A stretch of DNA of 53,616 bases, taken from positions 1 through 53,616 of the forward strand of contig JACQCE010000048.1 of the NCBI GenBank assembly GCA_016201765.1, in the 5' to 3' direction. The stretch comes from Nitrospirota bacterium (lineage in GTDB: Bacteria > Nitrospirota > Nitrospiria > JACQCE01). Position 1 is the first letter of the stretch. Each line of letters starts with the position of its first letter. Positions 36,428 through 46,235 of the stretch are shown here, in pieces. A model generated the notes under the pieces. That model was not told the DNA's origin. It saw only the letters and a program-made list of their open reading frames with translations, and did no database searches. Made by a program: the position numbers and the translations under genes.

Positions 36428-37522
36428 GTGCGCGACTGCCTGCCGTGCGCAGGGTCGGCCGGAAGGGTTGCAGTGGGCTGGTTGAGCCCGCCCCTGATCG
36501 GTCTCGACGTCGGCCATGGCTCCATCAAAGCTGTCAGCCTGACCGGCCGCCGTCGCGGCTCCCTCCTCTTTGCCGGTCTGGTCGAGTTGCCACCGCCCGG
36601 ATCAACGATGACAGGGCCGCGGATGAGCGCCGGCCTCTCCTCATTGGGCGAGGAGTACCAACTGGCCCGTCAACCGGCGGCGGTCTGCTTCACGGAGCGG
36701 GCGTTGCTGATCACCTATCTGACGATGCCCGCGATTCCGGATCAGGAGTTGGTCGAGGCGTTGCGATGGGAGGCGAAAAAACATTTCTCCTGCGCCATCG
36801 ACGAGCTGGTGATCGACTACCTGGTGGTCGGCAGGGAGGGGGGCGCGGAGGGCAACACGGTGGAGGTGGTCCTCGTGGCGGGGGAACGGGCCGCGCTCAT
36901 GGCCGATCTGGAGCCGCTCAAGCAGGCGGGATTGAAGATCGTGGCGATCGACGCGACGCCGCTGGCGTGGGTGGCGGCGATTCAACGGCGGGCGCCGGAG
37001 TTGCTGGAGGGCAACGTGGCGTTGGTGGACCTGGGAGCCGGGAAAATCGACATCAATGTGGTGCGAAACGGCGCCCTGCGGATGACGCGCCGGGTGGCGG
37101 GCGGCGGACAGGGCATCACCGACGCCATCGCGCGGGAGCTGGGCGTGTCCGCCTCGTCCGCGGAGTTGCTGAAGCGGCAGATCGGTCTGGAAAATCCCCG
37201 GCAGGCGCTGGAGCAGGCGCGCGCCGACAAGTTTGCGGAGGTGATCAAGCAGGAGGTGAACCGGTTGATTCTGGAGGTGCAGCGGTCGATCGAATTTTAC
37301 CGCGTGGAGCATCGACAGAGCGCGCTGCAGCGGCTGCTGCTGGGCGGGGGCACCGCGCTCCTGCGCGGGTTGAGCGGGTACATGTCCGGCTATTTTGAAG
37401 CGCCGATCGAATTGGACGATCCGTTCGCCGAGTTCCATGTTGAGAAGGCGGGGTTCGATGTGGTGCGGGCCCAGGCGCCCCGCTTTACGGCCGCCATGGG
37501 CCTGGCACAGTGGGAGGCGTGA
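36428..37522 (+). CDS. pilM: Type IV pilus assembly protein PilM (start uncertain)
   Basis: IGLDVGHGSIKAV, ALVDLGAG, GGQGITDAI, AELLKR, LGGGTALLRGL, AMGLA actin-like motifs. Confidence 0.9.
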   Translation: MRDCLPCAGSAGRVAVGWLSPPLIGLDVGHGSIKAVSLTGRRRGSLLFAGLVELPPPGSTMTGPRMSAGLSSLGEEYQLARQPAAVCFTERALLITYLTMPAIPDQELVEALRWEAKKHFSCAIDELVIDYLVVGREGGAEGNTVEVVLVAGERAALMADLEPLKQAGLKIVAIDATPLAWVAAIQRRAPELLEGNVALVDLGAGKIDINVVRNGALRMTRRVAGGGQGITDAIARELGVSASSAELLKRQIGLENPRQALEQARADKFAEVIKQEVNRLILEVQRSIEFYRVEHRQSALQRLLLGGGTALLRGLSGYMSGYFEAPIELDDPFAEFHVEKAGFDVVRAQAPRFTAAMGLAQWEA

Positions 37523-38130
37523 TGGCCCGCCGGTCCAAGCAGCGGATCAATCTCTACCGGCCGGTCCTGGGAACCGGCACCATCGCCGCGCCCAAGCGTT
37601 CCCTGGTAATCGGGTCGATGGCGCTCCTGATCGTGTCGATCGCGGTCGTGGCGGCGCTGGACCTGAAGAAACGGTGGGAACTGGGACGGGCCATTGCCGC
37701 CCAACAGGCGGAACGCGATCAGGTCAAAGCGCAGATTGCCACGTTGTCGGATCGGCTGACGCTGCTGACCAGCGGGATGAATGCGCAGGTGACCACCGCG
37801 TCGGCCGAGCTGTTGCCCCTGATCAACCAGCGCACCAAGTGGACTGAGTTGTTTCAGGATATGAGCCTGCGGGTGCCGGAGGGCGTCTGGCTGCTCAAGA
37901 TGGATGTGGAGACGCTGAACATCCCCGTCGGCAGGGGAAAGACCAAGTTGGCCGACAAGAAGAGCATCACGCTCTCCGGGTTTGCCAGATCGTTTCTGGG
38001 GCTGGGGCAGTTGTTGATGGCCCTGGAACAGTCGCCGAAATTTACGTCGGTGACGTTGAAATCCGCCAAGCGCAAAACCGACAAGCTGGGCGAACAGGTC
38101 GATTTTGAAATTGCCGGGGTGTTGCTGTGA
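37522..38130 (+). CDS. pilN: PilN-family protein
   Basis: QRINLY PilM-binding motif, TM, VPEGVWL, LSGFA, LEQSPKF. Confidence 0.88.
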   Translation: MARRSKQRINLYRPVLGTGTIAAPKRSLVIGSMALLIVSIAVVAALDLKKRWELGRAIAAQQAERDQVKAQIATLSDRLTLLTSGMNAQVTTASAELLPLINQRTKWTELFQDMSLRVPEGVWLLKMDVETLNIPVGRGKTKLADKKSITLSGFARSFLGLGQLLMALEQSPKFTSVTLKSAKRKTDKLGEQVDFEIAGVLL

Positions 38131-38200
38131 AGGACTTGACGGATTGTGGTGATCGTCCGATGACGCGTGGCGCAACCGACGGGGAGCGGAAAAGGGTCTG

Positions 38201-38779
38201 ATGGGAAAACTGTTCGCCCTGCTGCAAAAACTGTCGCCGCGCGAACAATTCATCGCGTGGGCGGTCATCGCCGCGCTCGTCGTCTCCGGCGGCGTGATGC
38301 TGCATGATGCGCAGCAGAAGAAGTTGCTTGCGCTGAAGGGCCAGCTGGATGCCGTGAAAAATGAGATCGGCGGCCTGAAGAGCGAGGTGCTGCTCAGGCA
38401 GAAAGAGGTGGATCAGGCTGCGGCACAGCAGGTTGAGGCGAAAACGCGGGCCACGCTGGTCGCGCAAACGCAGCAGCAGTTGTCGCAGGGGGGGCGGGTG
38501 TCGGAGCTGGTTTCCGAGTTGATGCGTACGGCCAAGGAGGGGGGGGTCGACGTGCTATCGATCAAACCCGGCGAGCAGCGGGATCAAGGCAGCTATGTGG
38601 AATTGCCGGTGACCATGGAACTGCGGGCCCGGTTCCGCAGTCTGGGGGAATATCTGCAGCAGGTGCAACACCTCCAGCAGGTGGTGCTGGTGGGCCGGGT
38701 TCGTGTGGAGCCGTCAACGGTGGAAGGCGCGGTGTTGACCGTGGAGGTGGGCACGGTGAGTTTCCTGGGGAAGGTGTGA
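38201..38779 (+). CDS. pilO: PilO/MshJ-family protein
   Basis: LSPRE before TM, coiled coil, YVELPVTMEL, LGEYLQQV. Confidence 0.8.
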   Translation: MGKLFALLQKLSPREQFIAWAVIAALVVSGGVMLHDAQQKKLLALKGQLDAVKNEIGGLKSEVLLRQKEVDQAAAQQVEAKTRATLVAQTQQQLSQGGRVSELVSELMRTAKEGGVDVLSIKPGEQRDQGSYVELPVTMELRARFRSLGEYLQQVQHLQQVVLVGRVRVEPSTVEGAVLTVEVGTVSFLGKV

Positions 38780-39198
38780 TGGAGACGCGGTCGGTCATCG
38801 TGATCGGTGTGATCGTGTGGGCGGTGTGGGTGGCGCCGGCCTCTTCTGCTGATGCAACCGGCGCTTCCGAAACGGCAAGCCGTGCGCGACTGTCGGCGGG
38901 GCTGTCCGAGATCAATCTTCAGGCGTTGGAACAGTTGGAGGCGCCCCGATGGGGGAGGGATCCGTTTGCGCAACCCACCAAGGAGGAGGTCATGGCGGGG
39001 ACGCTGTCGCTGACGGCCATCCTCTATCACCAGTCATCCGCGGTGGCCGTGTTGAACGGTCAAGTGGTGCGGGTCGGCGATGAGGTGGATGGGCGGCAGG
39101 TGGTGGCGATTGACCGCGATCATGTGATGGTGCGCGAAGGCAAAGTCCTCCGGCGGCTGGATGTCCCGCGGTTCACCGTCCAAAAGAGGAAACCGTAG
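38776..39198 (+). CDS. MshK/PilP-like protein
   Basis: Signal/TM, RDPF, LTAIL..AVLNGQVVRVGDEVDG..VVAI. Confidence 0.7.
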   Translation: MMETRSVIVIGVIVWAVWVAPASSADATGASETASRARLSAGLSEINLQALEQLEAPRWGRDPFAQPTKEEVMAGTLSLTAILYHQSSAVAVLNGQVVRVGDEVDGRQVVAIDRDHVMVREGKVLRRLDVPRFTVQKRKP

Positions 39199-40560
39199 AT
39201 GCGCAAGGCGCGAGACTGGCGGGGCCGTGCGATGATCTGCGTGCTGGCGGCGATGGCGGTGTGGGGAGGGCCGTCCGGAATGGGGGCGGCGGTCGCCGCG
39301 CCGCCGGCGCTGCGTTTTTCAATGGAATTCAGGGACGCCGATGTGAAGGATGTGCTCAGAGCCCTTGGACAGGAAAACAAGCTGAATGTGGTATTCGGCG
39401 ATGACGTCCAGGGCAAGGTGACGTTGAGCTTTCGCGATGTCACGCTGCAGGAGGCGCTGGAGGCGATTCTCCAGATCCAGAACCTGAGCAGCATGCAGGA
39501 GGGCAACATCCTCCGGATCGTCCGTTCGCCGTTTGCGGCGGGTGAAGACCAGCTGGTCACCGCCATCGTTCCGGTGCAATTCGCGGACGCGGATGAACTG
39601 TCCCAGTCGGTCAGGCAGTTGTTGAGCTCCAGGGGAAAATTGACCATCGACAAGCGGACCAATGCGTTGCTGATCAGGGATGTGCAGGAAAACATCCGGC
39701 GCATTCGGGGCGTGGTGGGAAAATTGGATGAACGGACGCCCCAGGTCCTGATTGAGGCAAAAATTGTCGAGGCGGACACAAGTTTCTCCCGTCAGATCGG
39801 GATCCAATGGGGGGCCAATGGCATCTCGCGCAACGGAGCGGGGACGTTTGGCCTCGGGGGCACCGCGGCCACGGGAGGGGTGGGCGCGGCGGGCAGCAAT
39901 TTTCTGGTGAATTTGCCGGCCAGCGTCGGTCCGGGTTCCGGCGGCGCGATCGGATTCTCATTTGCCAACATTTCCGACACCTTCGCGCTTGATCTCCAGT
40001 TGACGGCGCTTGAAAATACGGGTCGCGGCAAGATTTTATCGAGCCCAAAAATTCTGACCCAAAACAATAAGGAAGCCAAGATTTCCACCGGCCTGACCAT
40101 TCCGGTGCTGACCTCGACGGTGGTCGCCTCGGGCGTGGCCGGGCCGGGCGGCGCGGAGGGGAGCCAGGCGACGACGGGCGTGCAAAATATCGACGTCAAT
40201 CTGGCCCTGACGGTCACCCCGCATGTGACGCCCGGTGATCAGATTAATCTGAAAATTCATGCGGAGAAAAAGGACGCCGATTTCGCGCAGCAGGTGCAGG
40301 GCATCCCGACATTGACGACGCGCGAGGCGTCGACGGAAATGATCGCCCGCGACGGCGAAACGGTGGTGATCGGCGGAATTTACAAAAAAACGGAAAGCAA
40401 GCAACGCACCGGCCTGCCGTTCCTGTCCAGCATTCCCGTGGTGGGCTGGCTGTTTAAAAACGAAAAAACATCTGATGATTTGTCCGAGCTGCTGATCTTT
40501 GTGACCCCGCATCTCTATCGTAATCGTGATCAGTCGGCCTCGTCCCGTTCCGCCCCTTGA
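39199..40560 (+). CDS. pilQ: Secretin (PilQ-like, short, no AMIN domains)
   Basis: SMEFRDADVKDVL, DKRTNALLI, QVLIEAKIVE, ILSSPKILT, DGETVVIGGI, PFLSSIPVVGWLFK, ELLIFVTP. Confidence 0.9.
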   Translation: MRKARDWRGRAMICVLAAMAVWGGPSGMGAAVAAPPALRFSMEFRDADVKDVLRALGQENKLNVVFGDDVQGKVTLSFRDVTLQEALEAILQIQNLSSMQEGNILRIVRSPFAAGEDQLVTAIVPVQFADADELSQSVRQLLSSRGKLTIDKRTNALLIRDVQENIRRIRGVVGKLDERTPQVLIEAKIVEADTSFSRQIGIQWGANGISRNGAGTFGLGGTAATGGVGAAGSNFLVNLPASVGPGSGGAIGFSFANISDTFALDLQLTALENTGRGKILSSPKILTQNNKEAKISTGLTIPVLTSTVVASGVAGPGGAEGSQATTGVQNIDVNLALTVTPHVTPGDQINLKIHAEKKDADFAQQVQGIPTLTTREASTEMIARDGETVVIGGIYKKTESKQRTGLPFLSSIPVVGWLFKNEKTSDDLSELLIFVTPHLYRNRDQSASSRSAP

Positions 40561-40654
40561 CGGTTACGCTGCATTACGCTGCATTCCGCCTTGACTTTCC
40601 CAATCGTTTCGTGATAGCCCTGACCGCGGTTACTCCGCGTGATCGGAGCGTGCA

Positions 40655-41008
40655 ATGTCGACGGCTGACGGATCGAATGAGACGATTGTCGTGTTGGTGA
40701 CGGCGCCGCCGGGCGAATTGGCGCGGGCGATCGCCCGCCGCCTGGTTGACGCCCGGTTGGCCGCGTGCGTGAACATCGTGACATCGGTCGAATCGATCTA
40801 TCGCTGGGAGGGCCAGCGTTGCGAGGAGGCCGAGTGGCTGCTGGTGATCAAAACGCGGCGACCGTTGTTCGATCGGGTGGCTTCCGAAGTCAAGGCCCTC
40901 CACAATTACGCCATTCCCGAGATCATTGCGCTGCCCATTGTGTCGGGATCCAAAGACTATCTCCGGTGGGTGGTTGAGTCAACCCCGCTGACCAGCCCAA
41001 TTCTGTAA
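40655..41008 (+). CDS. cutA: Divalent-cation tolerance protein CutA
   Basis: ARLAACVNI, SIYRWEG, E.LLVIKT, HNYAIPEIIALPI. Confidence 0.95.
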   Translation: MSTADGSNETIVVLVTAPPGELARAIARRLVDARLAACVNIVTSVESIYRWEGQRCEEAEWLLVIKTRRPLFDRVASEVKALHNYAIPEIIALPIVSGSKDYLRWVVESTPLTSPIL

Positions 41009-41120
41009 CCAGTTACCCATTAATGGACAAAGTTGGCCTGTGTGTTTCAAAGAGGAACGTTTCTGTAATAAAAAGGCTATTTTTATCAAAATGTTAGAAA
41101 CAAGTCCCGATTTGAAACGC

Positions 41121-41135
41121 TGGCATATTGCTTGC
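41121..41135 (+). promoter_or_regulatory. Sigma54 (-24/-12) promoter
   Basis: TGGCATA-TTGC-TTGC with GG-N10-GC spacing, AT-rich upstream tract, ~60 nt before ATG 41194. Confidence 0.6.
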
Positions 41136-41193
41136 GTCTTTACCAGACCGAAGGGATAAGAATGACCGGTTACATTTGCGGGAGGGACTGAGA

Positions 41194-42114
41194 ATGGCCG
41201 ATCCCCAAGATGCCTATACCATCGTCATTTTTCCCAAGCCGACTGCCAAAGGCTATCAATTTCGGATTGCCAAGCAGAGAGCCAAACAGTTGGGGATTGC
41301 GGCGGCCGCTCTGGTGGTGGTGTTCAGCCTCGCGGCATTGCATTATGTTGTGATGCTGGGTCATGCGTGGGAACTGCGGACGTTGCGGTTGAAAAGCACG
41401 ACCCAGGAGCAGGAGCTGGCGCGCTATCAGGAGCTGGCGAATGATTTGAAGGGACAACTGGAGCGGCTCCGGGAATTTGACGTCAAACTCCGCGTCATGA
41501 CCAATTTGAATCCGCCGCCCGATGCCGACGGAAAGGCCGGCATCGGCGGCACCGAGGCGACCCCTGACGGTCCGCCTCTCGACGGAAAGGGCGGAACGGA
41601 GGAGGCGCCCCCCGTGACCGAGCTGGAAGCGTCGTTGGTGAGTTTGCAGTCCGACGCCGCCCGGCAGGAAGCAAGTTTCTCCGAACTGATAAGCTCGCTG
41701 CGCGGGCGGATGACGCAGTGGGCGTCGACGCCGTCGATCTGGCCCGTGCACGGCTGGTACTCATCCGGTTTCGGACGACGCCTCTCGCCGTTTACCGGGA
41801 CGATCATGATGCACAAGGGGATCGATCTGGCCGCCTATGCGGGCACGCCGATCGTGGCGCCTGCGGACGGACGGGTGGAGGCCGTGGACCACGACAGCGG
41901 GCTCGGCAGGGTGGTGGTCATCGATCATGGTTACGGTGTGAAAACACTCTATGCGCATCTCTTGCGGACCTATGTCAGTACCGGCATGCGGATCAAACGG
42001 GGCGAGACCATTGCGGCGGTCGGCAACAGCGGACTGAGCACCGGTCCTCATCTGCACTACGAAATCCACGTCAACGGTCAGGCGGTGGATCCGCTTCAGT
42101 ACATCATCAACTGA
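41194..42114 (+). CDS. M23-family peptidoglycan endopeptidase with TM and coiled coil
   Basis: PSIWPV, HKGIDL (HxxxD), YAHL, STGPHLHYE (HxH). Confidence 0.93.
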   Translation: MADPQDAYTIVIFPKPTAKGYQFRIAKQRAKQLGIAAAALVVVFSLAALHYVVMLGHAWELRTLRLKSTTQEQELARYQELANDLKGQLERLREFDVKLRVMTNLNPPPDADGKAGIGGTEATPDGPPLDGKGGTEEAPPVTELEASLVSLQSDAARQEASFSELISSLRGRMTQWASTPSIWPVHGWYSSGFGRRLSPFTGTIMMHKGIDLAAYAGTPIVAPADGRVEAVDHDSGLGRVVVIDHGYGVKTLYAHLLRTYVSTGMRIKRGETIAAVGNSGLSTGPHLHYEIHVNGQAVDPLQYIIN

Positions 42115-42185
42115 CGCTTCCCCGGTTCTTGCTGATCCTCTAGACGATCCGATCGGCCCGCCGTCTGGTGGCGGGGGACGCCTTG

Positions 42186-42194
42186 TGTTATAAT
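42186..42194 (+). promoter_or_regulatory. Extended -10 promoter upstream of secA
   Basis: TGTTATAAT about 110 nt before the ATG. Confidence 0.5.
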
Positions 42195-42304
42195 TCACAC
42201 ATGCGGCGGCTGGTTGTTGTCGTCAGTAGATGTCTCTTCACACCCCGGCGGTCGTCCCTCCGATTACTGTCTCCCGGTTTTGAAACCCGAGGGTTTCTTT
42301 TTCA

Positions 42305-45046
42305 ATGATCGGCACCCTGATCAAAAAAGTCGTCGGCACGAAAAACGACCGGGAACTGAAGCGGCTCTGGCCGATCGTGGCGAAGGTCAACGCGTTCGAG
42401 CCCGCCGTGGCCGCGCTCGATGACGAGACGCTGACGGTGAGGACTGACGACTTCCGCCGGCGCTTGGCCGGCGGGGAGTCGGTCGACGCCGTGTTGCCCG
42501 AAGCCTTTGCCGTGGTGCGCGAGACGGCCAAGCGGCGGTTGGGGATGCGCCATTTCGATGTCCAGCTGCTGGGCGGCGTGGTGCTGCACGAAGGCAAAAT
42601 CTCCGAGATGAAGACCGGCGAAGGGAAGACGCTGGTCGCCACGCTTCCCCTCTATCTGAATGCGCTCACCGGCCGGGGCTGCCATCTGATCACCGTCAAC
42701 GATTACCTGGCCAAGCGCGACGCCCAGTGGATGGGGCCCGTCTATCACGCGCTGGGGCTGTCCGTCGGTGTAATCCAGCACGACGCCTCGTTCCTGTTTG
42801 ATCCCTCCTATGAGGCCTCGGACCGCCGGATGCAGTCGTTGCGGCCGGTGACCCGGCGGGAGGCCTACGCGGCCGACCTCACCTACGGCACCAACAACGA
42901 GTTCGGATTCGATTATCTGCGGGACAACATGGTGGTGGAACAGGCGCAATGCGTGCAGCGCGATCTGCATTATGCCATTGTGGACGAAGTGGACAGCATC
43001 CTGATTGACGAGGCGCGCACGCCGCTGATCATTTCCGGCCCCGCCGAGGAATCCACGGACCTCTACTATCGCGTGGACAAGATCATCCCGTACCTGAAGG
43101 CCGTGACCGATTACACCATCGAGGAGAAGACCAAAACCGTGGCGCTGACCGAGGAGGGCAACGCGAAGGTGGAGCGCCTGCTCGGGGTCGACAATTTGTA
43201 TGACATGGCCAACATGAGTCTGGTGCATCACGTGGGGCAGGCGTTGAGGGCGCACGCGCTCTACCACCGGGACGTCGAATATGTCGTCAAGGACGGACAG
43301 GTCATCATTGTGGATGAGTTCACCGGCCGGCTGATGCCGGGGCGCCGCTGGAGCGACGGCCTGCACCAGGCGGTCGAAGCCAAGGAAGGCGTCAAGATCG
43401 CCAGCGAGAACCAGACGCTGGCCACGATCACCTTCCAGAATTATTTCAGACTCTATGACAAATTGGCCGGCATGACCGGCACGGCCGACACCGAAGCGGC
43501 GGAGTTCAGCAAGATTTACTCGCTGGATGTCGTGGTGGCGCCGACGCACCGCGTGATGAGCCGGGTGGACTATCCCGACGTGGTCTACCGGACCGAGCGG
43601 GAAAAGTTCGAAGCGATCGTTGAGGAGATCATTGAGCTGCATGCCAAGGGACAACCGGCTCTCGTCGGGACGATCTCCATCGAAAAGTCCGAGCGATTGA
43701 GCGCGATGTTGAAACGGCGCGGCGTCGAACACTCCGTCCTGAACGCCAAGTATCATGAGAAAGAGGCCGAGATCATCGCGCAGGCCGGCCGCAAGAACGC
43801 CGTCACGATTGCGACCAACATGGCGGGCCGCGGCACCGATATCCTGCTGGGAGGCAACCCGGATTTCCTGGTCAAGCGCGAGATGCAGAAACAGGAGGAG
43901 TGGGCGCCGGCCGACCTGCAGCGGCTCACCGAACGGATCAAGGCGGAGACGGAGCGGGAGAAACAGGACGTGGTCGCGGCGGGCGGTCTGCACATCCTGG
44001 GCACGGAACGGCACGAAAGCCGGCGGATCGACAATCAATTGCGCGGTCGTTCCGGCCGGCAGGGCGATCCCGGTTCATCGAGGTTTTATCTCTCCCTGGA
44101 AGACGATCTGATGCGGATTTTCGGCAGTGAGCGTCTTTCCGGGTTGATGCAGCGGCTGGGGATGGAGGAAGGGGTCCCGATCGAACACCGGTGGGTCACC
44201 CGGTCGATCGAAGGCGCCCAGAAAAAAGTGGAAGCCCATAATTTCGAAATCCGGAAACAGTTGCTTGAATATGACGACGTCATGAACAAGCAGCGCGAGG
44301 TCGTCTATGAGCGCCGGAAGGAAATTCTCCGGGGCGAATCGGTCGTGGACACGATTCAGGAGATGATTGAGGAGCGGCTGGACGGGTTGTTGCCGCTCTA
44401 CTGCTCCGAAGAGCAGCACGCGGAGGAGTGGGACCTGAAGGGGCTGGCCGAGGCGCTGCATCAGCAGTTTGCGCTGGAGGCCGATGAGCCGTGGTTGCGG
44501 TCGCTTCAAGGCCCCGACGCCCTGCGGTCGGAGCTGCTGCATCGCATTCGGGAAGGGTATCATCGGCGGGAGGCGGAGTTCGGGGAGTTGATGATCCGGC
44601 AGGTCGAACGGATGGTGATGCTTCGCGTCATGGACGCCCTCTGGAAGGATCATCTGCTGTCGATGGATTATTTGAAGGAGGGGATCGGCTTGCGGGGATA
44701 CGGCCAACGGGATCCGCTGGTTGAATACAAGCGCGAGGGATTTGATCTGTTCGCCGACATGATGGGGCGCGTCCAAAGCGAGGTCATCGCCCATCTGATG
44801 CGGGTGCAGCCGGTGCCGCAGGCGGTTCCGTCCGCCTCGCCGGGCCCGGCGGCCGGCTCACCGGTTTCCCCCTTGGCGTCCACCCCAGGACGCTCGCCCC
44901 GGCTGGTCTTTCATCGGGGCGACGCGGGACAGGAGGCCGCATCGGCGGCGCCCGCGCATCGGGACGCGGACAAGGTCGGACGCAATGACCCCTGTCCCTG
45001 CGGCAGCGGGAAGAAATACAAAAAATGTCATGGGAGCAGCGCCTAG
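42305..45046 (+). CDS. secA: Protein translocase subunit SecA
   Basis: [55 protein letters not shown] motif [19 protein letters not shown]. Confidence 0.99.
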   Translation: MIGTLIKKVVGTKNDRELKRLWPIVAKVNAFEPAVAALDDETLTVRTDDFRRRLAGGESVDAVLPEAFAVVRETAKRRLGMRHFDVQLLGGVVLHEGKISEMKTGEGKTLVATLPLYLNALTGRGCHLITVNDYLAKRDAQWMGPVYHALGLSVGVIQHDASFLFDPSYEASDRRMQSLRPVTRREAYAADLTYGTNNEFGFDYLRDNMVVEQAQCVQRDLHYAIVDEVDSILIDEARTPLIISGPAEESTDLYYRVDKIIPYLKAVTDYTIEEKTKTVALTEEGNAKVERLLGVDNLYDMANMSLVHHVGQALRAHALYHRDVEYVVKDGQVIIVDEFTGRLMPGRRWSDGLHQAVEAKEGVKIASENQTLATITFQNYFRLYDKLAGMTGTADTEAAEFSKIYSLDVVVAPTHRVMSRVDYPDVVYRTEREKFEAIVEEIIELHAKGQPALVGTISIEKSERLSAMLKRRGVEHSVLNAKYHEKEAEIIAQAGRKNAVTIATNMAGRGTDILLGGNPDFLVKREMQKQEEWAPADLQRLTERIKAETEREKQDVVAAGGLHILGTERHESRRIDNQLRGRSGRQGDPGSSRFYLSLEDDLMRIFGSERLSGLMQRLGMEEGVPIEHRWVTRSIEGAQKKVEAHNFEIRKQLLEYDDVMNKQREVVYERRKEILRGESVVDTIQEMIEERLDGLLPLYCSEEQHAEEWDLKGLAEALHQQFALEADEPWLRSLQGPDALRSELLHRIREGYHRREAEFGELMIRQVERMVMLRVMDALWKDHLLSMDYLKEGIGLRGYGQRDPLVEYKREGFDLFADMMGRVQSEVIAHLMRVQPVPQAVPSASPGPAAGSPVSPLASTPGRSPRLVFHRGDAGQEAASAAPAHRDADKVGRNDPCPCGSGKKYKKCHGSSA

Positions 45047-45062
45047 GGCGGACCGGCGGATC

Positions 45063-46235
45063 ATGGGGGCGAGACACACGACCAAAAAATCCGGAGGGCA
45101 CACGCCGAATCATCCGAAGGCGGCGCCCGCGTCGGACAGGCTCCAGGCGCTGATCACGGAGAATCGCGAGCTCAAAACGGGGCTCCGTTACCGGACCAAG
45201 GAGCTCAGTTTCTTCCTGAGCCTGGCCAAGGCGCTGACCTCGACCCTGGAACTCAAGAAGGTGCTCAAGGTCATCATGGCCCGCGCGCAGCAGTTGATCA
45301 AGGCCGAGGCCTGGGCGCTGCTGCTGGTGGATGAGCCGGCCAACGAACTCTATTTCGACCTGATCCACTCCAAGCACGAAAAGGCCCTCAAATCGCAGCG
45401 CATCAAACCGGGCCAGGGCCCGGCGGGATGGGTCGTCCGGTACAACAAGCCGCTCCTGGTGCCCGATCTTGCCAAGGACGGCCGGTTTTCCAGCGGCCTC
45501 GACCTGCAACTTGGTTCGCCGTCACGATCGTTGATCGGCGTGCCGATCGTGAACAAGAAACGGACGATCGGCGTCCTGGAGGCCGTCAATAAAACGGGTG
45601 ACGGGCCGTTTGACGAACAGGATCTGGCGCTCCTGGTGAAGCTGGTCGATCAGGCCGAGATCGCCATCGAGCGCGCCTATCTGTATCAGAAGATGGCCGA
45701 CCTCGCGGTCACCGATGATCTGACGAAGCTCTTCAATTTCCGGTATCTCGACCAGACGCTCGACATCGAACTCCGCCGGGGACAGCGCTACGGCGCGAAT
45801 GTGTCGTTGATCTTCCTGGACATGGATTACTTCAAGCAGGTCAACGACCGGTACGGCCATCTGATGGGCAGCCGCGTGCTGATCGAGGTGGCGCAGATCC
45901 TGATCCAGAATCTGCGCGACGTCGACATCATCGCCCGGTACGGCGGGGATGAGTTTGTGGTGGTCCTGCCCGAGACGCCCCTCGATGTCACCTACCGGAT
46001 CGCCCAACGGCTTCGCGTGGCATTGCGCGAGCACATGTTCCTCGAGGCGGAGGGCCATCCGGTCAAACTCACGGCCAGCTACGGGATCGCGAGTTACCCG
46101 ACGCACGCGCGCAATAAGAAGGATCTGATCCGTCTGGCCGATCAGGCGATGTACCGGGCGAAGAACAGCGGCCGTGACCAGATCTGCCTGGCTGAACATC
46201 CGGCGACCAAGCCGTCCCCCTCCGCGGCGGGCTAG
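45063..46235 (+). CDS. GAF-GGDEF dinucleotide cyclase with Hypr (cGAMP synthase) signature
   Basis: GAF domain; DDLTKLFNFRY, DMDYFKQVNDRYGHLMGS (Ser replacing the conserved Asp), RDVD I-site, RYGGDEF, ADQAMYRAK. Confidence 0.9.
   Translation: MGARHTTKKSGGHTPNHPKAAPASDRLQALITENRELKTGLRYRTKELSFFLSLAKALTSTLELKKVLKVIMARAQQLIKAEAWALLLVDEPANELYFDLIHSKHEKALKSQRIKPGQGPAGWVVRYNKPLLVPDLAKDGRFSSGLDLQLGSPSRSLIGVPIVNKKRTIGVLEAVNKTGDGPFDEQDLALLVKLVDQAEIAIERAYLYQKMADLAVTDDLTKLFNFRYLDQTLDIELRRGQRYGANVSLIFLDMDYFKQVNDRYGHLMGSRVLIEVAQILIQNLRDVDIIARYGGDEFVVVLPETPLDVTYRIAQRLRVALREHMFLEAEGHPVKLTASYGIASYPTHARNKKDLIRLADQAMYRAKNSGRDQICLAEHPATKPSPSAAG

Noticed and set aside
40563-40590. TTACGCTGCA 10-mer twice after the secretin stop
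   Set aside because: Only two copies; too little to assign a function.
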